The notes under the pieces: model-generated | What the model saw: the letters and a program-made list of their open reading frames with translations, nothing else | Told to the model about the DNA's origin: nothing | Database searches by the model: none | NCBI RefSeq assembly: GCF_964355755.1 | Contig: NC_092671.1 | Span: forward strand, 17,360,001 to 17,424,000 | Reading direction: 5' to 3' | DNA from: Antedon mediterranea | Lineage: Eukaryota; Animalia; Echinodermata | Length of the DNA: 64,000 nucleotides | Program-made: the position numbers and the translations under genes | In this document: piece after piece, positions 27,401-39,400 of the stretch | Layout: every line of letters starts with the position of its first letter | Numbering within the stretch: the stretch's first letter is position 1

Positions 27401-30400
27401 AAATAGTGTAAAGACTATGGGCTTGTTTAGGTTTAGTTATTTACCAAAGTAAGTATATAACCTATCCAACAAAGTTAGCGATTACTTGCTCATGAAACCA
27501 ACTTACACAGGTAAATAAGCTTGAACAAGACCTATGAATGTTCGATGATAAACATTTGTATGGGTGTGTACAGTGTCATTTCAATGCATTGCGAGGTTTC
27601 AGAGCCATGATAACTGTGCACCATGGTATGATGATTAAAGCAATGTATTTTCTATAATGAACTTTAGTTTAATTAATTTATAGCAAGCAAATACTGTAAA
27701 ATCTAGTTTTACGGTTTGATTACAACAAAAATAAACGATTATAACAATAATAATTATATTAAAATGGTAACAAACATTTAATGCAATGCCAAAATGTTTA
27801 AAAAGCATGACAATCAAAGTTAGCAAGATTTAAAAAGTCATGCATGATTTCAGAAAAATATGATAAATTGAATTGATATAGCATGTATGTGTTTAGAAAA
27901 ATAGTGCCTCTTAGCATAGAGATATATTAGTGAATTATAATAAAATAATATCTCTATGCTCTTTTGCTCTGTCTACACTATCAAACTTTATGTTACAAAA
28001 AATGTGCCCATATATGAACATGATGATGTCATATCACTACCATATTTGGTCACATCACACTTTTTTTTGTCAAACTTCCCTGGTTTGATAGTGTAGACAG
28101 AGCTTAAGTAGTGCTTGAAAAATGCAGTGCTTGAATAGAGGGCACTATTTGTGATCTGCCAAAACTGTACTAATTGCTATGAATGAAGTGGTTAGGTATA
28201 TGATGAGGGACATACAGCCTTGACTGACTGAACATTTGTATACGATTCAGTTAATATGTTGTGATGCGGCGGACAAGTTTGAGTCATGGCCCATACCTTC
28301 TTGGTTCAGGTGTTGTCTTGGGATCTTTAGTGGCGTTTGCCTTGCTATTGTTGGCTACTTTATGAAGAACTTCTTCACTATATATACACAGTTGTAATAA
28401 TTTGTGTTAAAAAAAGAACGTTCCAACAAAAAGAATAAATAAAGCTATCCTAAATATATTTTTTACAACAAAAAATCATAACAATTTAATATAGTAAAAA
28501 ATAAGTATTGAAAGATGAATACCCAGGGAAGAGTGAAATTACATTATAATTTCCTTCTTATCTGGTATACCTAATGCAAATACTTGTGTACTGTACAGAT
28601 TATTTTTGAAAGTCAATTGTTATTTTATGCACCCATGTTCCGAAAACATGCTTGTGAAACATATGGGTACATAAAACACTTTTCCAATTTGGCAAGATAA
28701 TTTCAAGGTATTTAATTATTTTCAGTGTTCTTTAGGTTTCAGCTCAGTAACTGTTAATTGATTTGATTATTTTCCTCAGCAATTCAGGATGAAGCACCGG
28801 GAATTGTGTATGTTCATGTAGCACCAACAAAAACCGATGAGTGGTCATAGGCGCCAGAAAGGAGGTGTTAACCAAACCATACATGGTCATAGGTACAAGA
28901 AAAGAGTTGTTACATAAAAACTCATAAATGATCGAAAGTGCAGAAAAATAAATAAACACCCATGATTGAGATGCAAGAAAAGAGATTTTAATAATTTGTT
29001 GGCCAGCTTCTTCTATACACACAAGAATTTGCAGAGTATATTTGTTTGTACTATATATCACAATTATATATGTCACAATAATATATATGTTTACTAAAAA
29101 ATTATGCATTAAAAATAGCAACCTATATCTAAATAAATCATGATATATATTAATATAAATGCTTTTTATTTTAATTTAAAGAAAAGACACTACAAAAATA
29201 ATTTAATAGTTAAAATTGTAAATTGCAAATGTATTTCTATAGTGCATGATTAAAATACCTTTTAGCGTGGATCATTTTCTGACATGGTACTCTTGAGATT
29301 GAATCAAAACTTGGTGACTTCATCCAAATGCTGTCGTACTGACCGTGACGTAAACCTTCCTGGGTAATAAGATCAGGCATTGAGCCACGTTTGATTGGTT
29401 CAGCTGACGTTCTTTCTGGGTCAAGTACATAGAGGTCATCAGATGATATATCTGTGATGTAATGAAGCTGCTCTTGGCCACGGTCAATTCTAAAAAATCG
29501 GTCAGCTGTGGTAGCTAAAAAGAAAAATTTAAATTGTTAATTTAATAAGGTATATAGAAAATTAAGCTTGGATCTCACTTCGACACAACAACGTAGGCAC
29601 AATTCAGTTATACAATATATGGTGAAGCCGGGTGAAAACAGATCATTTCATCTGTCACCGAATGAATTATTTGCTCAATTGCATGAATTGACACCTAACA
29701 AGAGGGTAGGCCAAAACCTAAACTATTTAAAAAAAGGCAGCAATTCAATTGGATGCGAAGTAGAATTATAAAACATGTGAGACTAAAGGTTTTTATCAAA
29801 CTCCTCGCGTTGGACGTTCCGTTCGTTCACTGTGTAACACACGACATAATATCACTCTGACGTTACAGTTTAATAGTATACATCTATTAAACTCAAATGT
29901 AAAGAATTTGATATTAACTTACAATCTAAGAAACACCAATTGGGAGATAGGCTTGAAGCTGAACCATTAGCATTGGAGTCTTGCAAGATGTATACCTCTA
30001 ACAAACGATCAATATGTGCTCGAATCTGCTCCAAATCACTATCGCTGTCCACTTTGATAATCCCCAAAGGTACAGCTGTAACCAATACAAAAAATTCTTA
30101 AGAACTAGGTGTTCTTGTGCATTCAAACAAAAGGATGGTAATAGGTTTAGAAATAAGTGTAAATATTTTATGAAATAACTATGATACTTGGGGTATTTGA
30201 TTGGGATACCTTTGTGTTCAAGACATTTGTGGTAATGGATAATCATTCATTAATGCAAGCTTGTTACTTGAATACTGCAGTAACTTAACATTCAAATACT
30301 CTGTTTATATATACTCAACAGAAAAAACAATACTTAACGTTAAAGATATAGGAATATGGTGTTTTCTTTGTTGCAGAAATGATGTATTTCTATTATTTTG

Positions 30401-33400
30401 TGCTTAAATGAGGAAATAAAACTACACATTATAATGTCTTTAGTCCTTATTTACGACTGTAGCTGTTTTAACTGTCTTAAATGTGATTTTAATCGGTGCT
30501 TCGGCAAATACGTCATGAGTAGAAGCCTATTTCCTCGCTTTGTGCATTCTCGTTTGGGTAGCTCTTTTTACTGACAGTCAGTGCATGTTTCGACAGCTCA
30601 CCAGATCTATTATATTGTTCAGTATTGTGCAAATATGCCATAATAAATAAATGCAAAAGGTCATTGCATTTACACTATAAGCTAATTGTACTTACATGCT
30701 TTCTTTAGTTTTTCTTTATCGTAGTTAAGTCGTTCATAATCATGCATACTGACTCGGCTAACTTGAATGCGTACTCTATCAGCTGTCAAAGGTGCACTGT
30801 ATAATATAATAACAACCACATTAGACAGACATACATACATAGAAATATAAAAGTTGTATCCATGTCTTTTTGTCATTTAATGTGTCGATAAAAAATGTTA
30901 AAAGGAATTACCTAATGAATGCGTGGATATTTTTATAAAGCTATTTCTTTTCTATCATAAGTTTCAAGCCCGTAGCCAGGGTTTTACAGGGAAGTTCATT
31001 TTTTCTCCAAAGGGGCAAAAATCAACATGAGCTAGGCTAGTTTAGGCCTATTTACCATACTTTCACCGCTGATCTGTAGTTTGAAAAGGGCATGTCAGGA
31101 AAACCCTCAAACCCTACTGGCTACAGACTTGAGGTCTCTTAACTGATCAGAAAACAATGTTCTCTAGCAAAACAGCATGATATATTTAAAATGATTTGCA
31201 AATATGTTTTGTTATTGAAAACCATGTGAATTTTTTCTGAAATAAAATACAAAAAAAGTTGGTGAAAACGAGAAAGCTATGTTAAAAATATGTGTTAGTT
31301 ATAACATTGTCTAAATAATTCTCACTGAGAAACATCTTGTGGTTAAACTTCACTGATACTGTACATAGTTAGAAAGAAGCGGACTGCATATATGTACATG
31401 AGTCATATAGTACACACGACCAATATCTTATTGCCTCAACTGAAAGTCATTTGTTATACTTAAAACTATGGTAAAGGTGCCTGTGGTTCATTATTTGATT
31501 TAGCATAAATTATGTTGAAGGTGCTCTTTTGTGCCAACTAAAGTATTATTAGTAGTGTCCCTGTTGTGTTCAAAATAAAGTTAGTATCTGCAACAAACAT
31601 GGTTAATCATTGTTAGTTCGTCTAAAAATAGAAATAAAAGTAAATAAAATATGGAGCCAAAGTGGAATCTTGGTGTAAACCAATATAAACTGACCAAAAT
31701 GTAGGTAAAGTGTGATAAAACTTCACTTGTTGAAATCTATGAGAAAGATAAGATTGAAATCATTTGATTGGTTGATTGATGCAGTAAGTAAAAAATTACT
31801 ATATCATACTTTTTAGCTAGTCTGGTAATGTCTAAATTAGCTTGTCCAGAACAGTTAATTTTTAGAATAAAATGATCACCTATTGTTATTGTATGAAATC
31901 TCTATTTTGTCAAAAAGTTAATGATCACCAAAATGTCATATCTTTCAAATAATTTAACTTAATCCAAATAAGCTTTTCAGGGTGATCGCTCATCCGTGAC
32001 AAGGTTCATTATTTCCATATTTGAAGTCAGATTGGAGGAAATTGGAGAACTTAAAATTATTTTCAAAATGTAGTCATCTTTGCTTATGAGCATTATTATA
32101 CAGATATTGACTGCTTAGAAGTTAAATATAAGATTTGACATCCCTGAGGGAATGATATTATGTTCGAGGGAATATATATCTTATGAGCATTATAAATAAA
32201 TATTGATGATTAACTTACTCATGGCCTACAGCTACTGAGCCTCTTCTCTTAGGTTTACTAATCATATTTGCTTGATTTCGAAGAGAAATCGTGATTTTAC
32301 TTGGGGTTAATCGACACGGTTCACCATCCACCTGCATTGGTATCGGAGTCTTAGTCGTTAACTTGACCTTTTGACATTGGCATAACCGCTCACCATGACC
32401 TCCAACATATAGAGTAGCCTGAGAAGGAAACAAAGTTTACAAATTTGAGTGTTATAGCACCTTTAGAGATTAAGATATATTTATATTATATATATTTAGG
32501 GAATACACTATGTTAACAAAATAGGCTTCTATCTCTGACAGACAGTCAGATGAAAAACTCATAATAGTAGTGGAGTTGTAGCTTGATAAGGGCTGTAGCT
32601 TGATAAGAGCTGTAGCTTGATAAGAGCTGTAGCTTGGGGGTTTCATGCTTGCCTTCCAATCCCAGGGCCAGAGTTGCTAAGGTTGTAACTCACGACTCTT
32701 TTAACTTCTTAAGCCTCAAATGAGACTTAGGGTATGTTCAGACCTACGGAGTTATGCTTTCGTATCACAGCCAAGGTCATATTTTAATGAGCGTCGTAAG
32801 AGCAAAGTGTTCAGATTCATTGCAACGAAGTTGCGTTACAAACGGATATGATGTCACTCGCTGGCGATTAACCAAACTCTAACGCACGCATAGACCTACC
32901 TTTGTTGTTATTAAAAGTAGTAGTGGTTGGTTTAGGAGTTACAGGCCTAGACCGAACACTTGGGCTCGGCATTATCGATTGGTTGTCAGGCATACCAACC
33001 AGCCGATTGTTTTGGGGTTTGGGTTTATATTTGGTCTATGACCTAAAATATCATTTATGGCAGAAAAATGTTCAAATCCCGTACTTGCACTGGCTCCAGA
33101 TTTATTTACTCGATCTTTCGCCGCTTTATACGACGACCCCTTCAATTTCATTTGGATATTAAATCCTTCTTTATGAGGATGGCCCATCTGCTAACGTGTC
33201 CGCCATCTCGTTGAACACAGACATCTTGTTGCCGGTGTTTTTACGCCAGTTTTTCACTTCCAACCGATCTCTGAACTCAGGGCTTCCCCACAATGAAATA
33301 AGGTATTTTACTTCGGTTTCTCGCCAATGCGCACGCTTCGATGAAATTTTAAATTAATTAATATAATAATATTAATAATAATAATACTGTATAGTGTAAC

Positions 33401-36400
33401 AACAAAAGGTATGATTTTTTCGCACGTTCACCGATCACAACAAATGGATCAGCTTGGCTATACGATGAGGAGCACATGTCACGATGTGATGTGGCGAATA
33501 TTGTAATTTGATTGGCTAGATATCTAACCTAGGTCATATTCATCGATGCGCGACTTTTGTATTGTAAGTGACGTCCACTAAACTCATACTTTGAGCTTTC
33601 GTAGCGTACGAAATATCAGTGTCGTACGAGGTGGCTTCCACTAATCTTTTCCTGGTTCAGACCTATGGACTTGTACGCCGCGTACAATACGAAAGCATAA
33701 CTCCGTAGGTCTGAACAGGCCCTTAGTTTATAATCACGAAAAATTATAAAATAGTTTATCCATCCATGTTGGATGTGTATATATATTATTATATTGTTAT
33801 ACTGTACAACATTATTATACTACACTGTTATACTAAATTTTTATATCTGTCTTTGTGATAATTAAGCAATGCAATTTCTAGTTTATTTTAGCAAATAAAA
33901 GTTATCTGTATGAAAAAAATAATAATAATCATAGTTGTAAAAAAACTATCCTGTGTCATTTAGTCTGCGTCTTTTAGGCACTAAACTTTAGATACACGGT
34001 AGGCCTAAAATAATTTAGTTGAACCGTTGAGGTAGCTAATACAATACAAAGAATGTCTAGTGTCTTACAATTTGAGAAGGTGTGAATCCAATAACCTCTA
34101 AGTATCCATCATCTTGTCGCTGTTGTTCAAACTGATGTGTACTTGGGTTACCCCAAGGACTACATCCAGCACCATATCTATCAAAACAGAAATTACATAG
34201 TTTCAGTAAAATAAACCATAATAACCATATACAGACATGTATTGACTGTTTAAAGCTTGCTTGCTTAATTGACATGTTAAGCCGATTTTCCACTAGGCAA
34301 ATTTGTTCGCGCGAATCGAAAGCGTCATGCTATGCGCATGCGTATTTGAGTTTCTGTCTGTCATACTCCCTTCTTCAACAAATTCTAGTTCCTTTGATTT
34401 TTCGCTTCAGCAAAATTTACTAGTTCGAATTGTTTCTACTTCGCGAAGCGAAATATTGCGCAACCAATCAGAGCTCAGAAAATGAGCTATGACGCTTTCA
34501 TGAGCACTCATGCAAATCGAAAAGCCCAGCAACCCCGCGAGGAACATGAACGTCGCAGCTATTCGCTCATGTAGTGGAAAGAGAGTAGGCGATTTTTCTC
34601 TCTTCGAAATGTTGGATTCGCGCGAACAAATTCGCCTATTGGAAAATCGGCTTTAAAGTTGTTGGGTAGTAGTTATACAACAGAACCATGTTAAAGGACC
34701 AAATTGCCTTGTTCAAATCTATCTATTTAGGAGTGGAGTTGTGGCTTAGTGGTTATGATGCTTGACTACCAATCTAAGGGTCTTGGGTTGAAGTCCTGTC
34801 AGTGTCAGCATTTTTTCTAATGACATATAATATAATAACTCAACTCCCATTACCATCTTTAAGAAGGATATATTGTATGAATTCGCTTTTGGTTATACTT
34901 GGCAATTTGCCTAAATATATAAAAACAAAAAATCGCTGCTATGAGCCCATTCGGACGGAACAAATTTACACAAGTAATAGTCGCGTGTGGTGTAAATTTT
35001 GAGATAAACTTGCTGTTTCAAAAATCCAATTTTGAATTACACCTTAAACCGCAAGCTGATTAACCGCAAGATAAGCAGCAATTTTACCTTAATAGTGTAA
35101 AGAGATGCATGAAATATGAGTTTACATGTGTTAATTGTTCATTTTCCGAACGATTACTGATTACATATGTAAAGTTACACATGTAACTGATTTTACATCC
35201 GAACACAGCCTAAGTTTAAACTGGTGGCTTGGAATGCATGGTTATACTGCACCACCTTTTGGATGAGATGGTTTCCACCAAAAAATAGTGTCTCCAATTC
35301 ACCACAACTGGATCGTGGGTTATCATTGGTACATACATACAAATTGTCTGACACCAGTATTGATGAGGTGTAGAAATATGTAAAAGATATATTTAAGAAT
35401 ACAATCAATTATGCACTAGAATGTTACACATGTTTATATCAATCACTTACTTTGAAATATTAAGAAAGACTAAACAATGAATTTTAAGGTCTTGTATTTT
35501 CTGTGTCAGATCAACACCATCACATTCCACTGTAATCTGCTTTGTAAGATCTTTGGAGGATCGTTTTAGGAAATCACTTCCACCGACACGAGCATAGTAT
35601 AACTTGTTACGCAGCCTGTTGTTGAACTTTTCTGGGTTAGCCTCTGTTTGGAAAAAAAAGAAATATTTTGTTAATTAAAATTATATTAGAATTAAACATT
35701 TTTTTTATTATTATACAAAAATTAATCAAGTATGTACATTTTAAGAAAAAATGTATTTTCCCCATGTTATAGTTTATAAATTTTATAAATAAGTACTTTA
35801 CACAACAATTGAAAAGAGAAAGGAAATCAGTTTTCTTATATATATTTTTCAAGTGCTCTTATCCAACTATTTAAATAAGAGGTTTAGTTAACTTTTTAAA
35901 TGACTAGTTATATAACAATTATAGTAGAAAACCTATTAGGAAGACACCTTTAAGACCCAACAAAGTGTCACCTATAGAGGTGTCCTCTGAATAAAGTATA
36001 TACCCCTCGTTTTCTTCATAAGAAAGTGTCACTTTAATAGTGGTGTCCCTTTTGAATAGGGGATGTCCTATTCTATAGTTCTACAAAAGTTGCAGTTGGA
36101 AAACAAACTTATTGCAAACCTCTAGATTCATGGAAATCTAAAACAGTCGCTGCATCAGCTCCCAAACTGAAGTAATTATTAACAACGTTTAGTGGTAGTT
36201 CATCCACAACCCTTTCGTTCTCCATTGCTGTATAGTCAACTACATGATTTTTCTCCACAAATAGATCCCATCTGTAACATAAATACATTTCAAAATATTA
36301 ATCATTACACCAACAGTATTCTACTGCACTATGATATGTCAACTGATTTAATTTAGTCAAATATTTAAAAGTTGTAGTGAAAGTGGCTGAATGCACATAA

Positions 36401-39400
36401 GCTAGATAGAAAAAAATGAATGCAATGTGCCCAAATATGGTAGTGATATGATATCATTGTGTCCATATATGGGCACATCACATTTTTTTGGTCAAATAAA
36501 GACCATGAAGTCTTCATGTGTAGACAGAGTTTTACTTTAAAATTCAGTCAATTTTTTTATGGTACCGTAATGGTAATTTAATTTCACTGCCTAAAGGGGC
36601 ACACTGGCCCAGTCTGGGAAAATACCTCCTCCCCAGGCACCCCATGACTTAGGTTAGATTGAAGATATATACTGTCATTCCCTACAGAATGTGAATATGT
36701 TTTTGAGGAAAACAACAATCATAGTGAGTATATTTTGTTATACAAACCTGTCAAGCTGTGAAACAGGACCATCCTCAACATAACTTAGTATCTTAGAAAT
36801 TGGCTCATCAGTGTAGCCCTAGAAAAATAATACAATTATATATCATTAATATAATATTTAATAATTTTATTAATACTCTCACTTGTACTGAAGATGGGTT
36901 AGGGCTGCCCAAAAACTCTGCAAAATTTCTTTCTGGCTGTTTTGTTTTAGGTTTTTGTTTATTTAAATTTTGAATTTCCATTGACATCTAATCACTTATA
37001 TGCACAGCATTTTAAGTTTTCAGTAATTGTTTGTCTTTTGATTAATATAAATTAAATATCTATATTTTAAAATTCTTCCCTTACATACAATTCATGTACA
37101 AATAAATCTCTGTACTCTCATACTAATCACTTTTTCATTATTGGTTATCCGCCTCAAGCGGATAAGCCCTTGGAATTGTAGTTTCTTTTTTTTTATTATT
37201 CTTCTTTCTTTCCGCCACTTTTTGTACGCGACGTTTCTCTGCAACGTGTTAACATAACATGTTGTAACTTGGTAAACATTTAGACATTTAACTGAAGATG
37301 TGCAGCCAAGCTTTTGGACGCTGTCAGAGCCGCGTAGCGTAAGTTACGCGCGATTTTCTGAAAATCTTAAATTGATCATAACTTCGAAACCGATAAATAT
37401 TTTTTAACGTAACTTGCAGCCACGTTTTCTTCACATCAATGGCTAACTTTTTCAATCTTTAGCACATTTTTGGACACTAGAAAGTTTGCGCGTAAATTGC
37501 GTTTGAAATTTTAAAATGCTCCAAATTTGTACACGCTGTTTCTCTGCAATGCGTGAACATAACATGTTGTAACTTGGTCAACATATAGACATTTAACTGA
37601 AGATGTGCAGCCAAGCTTTTGGACGCTGTCAGAGGCGCGTATCGTAAGTTACGCGCGATTTTCTGAAAATCTTAAATTGATCATAACTTTGAAACAGATA
37701 AATATTTTTTAACGTAATTTTCAGCCACGTTTGCTTTACATTAATTGTTAACTTTTTTATCCCTACCGAATTTTGTAACATTAGAAAGTGCGTGCGTAAA
37801 CGGCGTTTGAAATTTTAAAATGCTTCAAATTAATTTCTGATTAAATTAGAGCACGTTTCAGGTCATTTTAAGGGTTTAAAAAAAGGTGCCCACATTTTTA
37901 CGCACGCACGGCGCAGGGAACGCGTATAAGCTTTTCTTTTACATAAATTGTGTTTTTCAAACTTAGGTTAACAATTTTACGTTATTTTATTCACTTTTCA
38001 ACTTGAAATGGCGTTCGACGAGCACGTTAAACATGACTGGTTGCGCACGAAAACGTCAACAAATTGTGAAAATGTTGCAAAATATGTCTACTTTTAAAAG
38101 TGATACAGTTCATCAGAATGCAAGGTTACCCCCATTTTTTATTTTATTTTATTACAGTCTGTGAATCGTAGATCTGATTTATTATAGTGTTGAATGTTAA
38201 AACGTGTTTGATGGCTACATTATTTGCATATTAAATATAATTTTCGAAATTTTTATCATCAAACAAACAATAACATATTCAAAGAGCAAAACAATAAACA
38301 TAACGTTTATCTTTTTTCTTTACATGTTGATATATAAAACTTGAAAGTATGCACTTTGCTAATATGTCACTGTTTAAAATTTGTGAAGATTTCATCATAG
38401 TAAAATTTATGATTTACGTTTGATATGTAATAATCAACTTGCATCGAGGGGATTCACGACATACCGAATGAACGAGGACTCTTTTTTCGGATTTTCTTCA
38501 GCAGGTGCTCATATGGCTCGATGTGTAGTGCAACCGACTTTGGTATCAGAGGTACTGGGTTCAAATCTCATCACGGGAAAACAATTAAATAAAAGGATTT
38601 GTTTGGTTATTACACTTAAAGGGCAGTTTTAATTTTGAATAGGCTAATTTTTTTGAAAAAGTCACAACTGAAAAGTACTTGAATGCGCAAGATACATTTT
38701 GTTGCGGGCGGATAACCAAACTCGTCCTCAAGTGACGAGTTCAGATCTAGTTTATTTATTGGATATGAAATACATTGAATACCCAAATTGTGAAAACAAA
38801 GAACTTGTTCAACTAATGAAGGGAAGCCAGTACCTTAATTAAAGATGTATTGTCCCCATGAAAAAATAATTCTTGTTATTTTTGTTGTTGAATATGCCAT
38901 TTTAATTTCATCTCATAGTTTGGCCAAAAAAATGCATTTACCTATTAAAAAAACTGTAATTCGAAGCAAAAAAAATTTTCAAATTCGCTGCCAGCCAATG
39001 GATTTCTGGTTTAATTTAACCATTTATTTTGTCATTTATAAGTGAAAACATAAATTTTTCCATTTTTTACTTTATTAAAACTACAAAATAATATATTCAA
39101 AGTCTGATTTTATTAGTCTTTATTTTTCATGTTTTTGGGGGACAATACCTCTTTAAGTACAACTACCAATTTGTTATTAATGTCAATATGTGTTTTTCAA
39201 TAAAGTGTAAATAATACAGATTTATTATAATGACAGTTTCCAGTGTGTTTCCTCACCAGGTGGAAAGCTAAAAAGAGATATCTCACCATTGAGGTGAAAT
39301 CACCTGCTACCAAAGTACATACAACATACACCTTGATGACATCATCAATTTATGGTGCATAGCTAATGTGCAGTTAATTTCAAAGGTTCTGTCACATTAT

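Noticed and set aside
28744-29121. 125-aa intronic ORF
   Set aside because: Low-complexity hydrophobic translation of AT-rich intron; it contains only a small 45-bp-period duplication.
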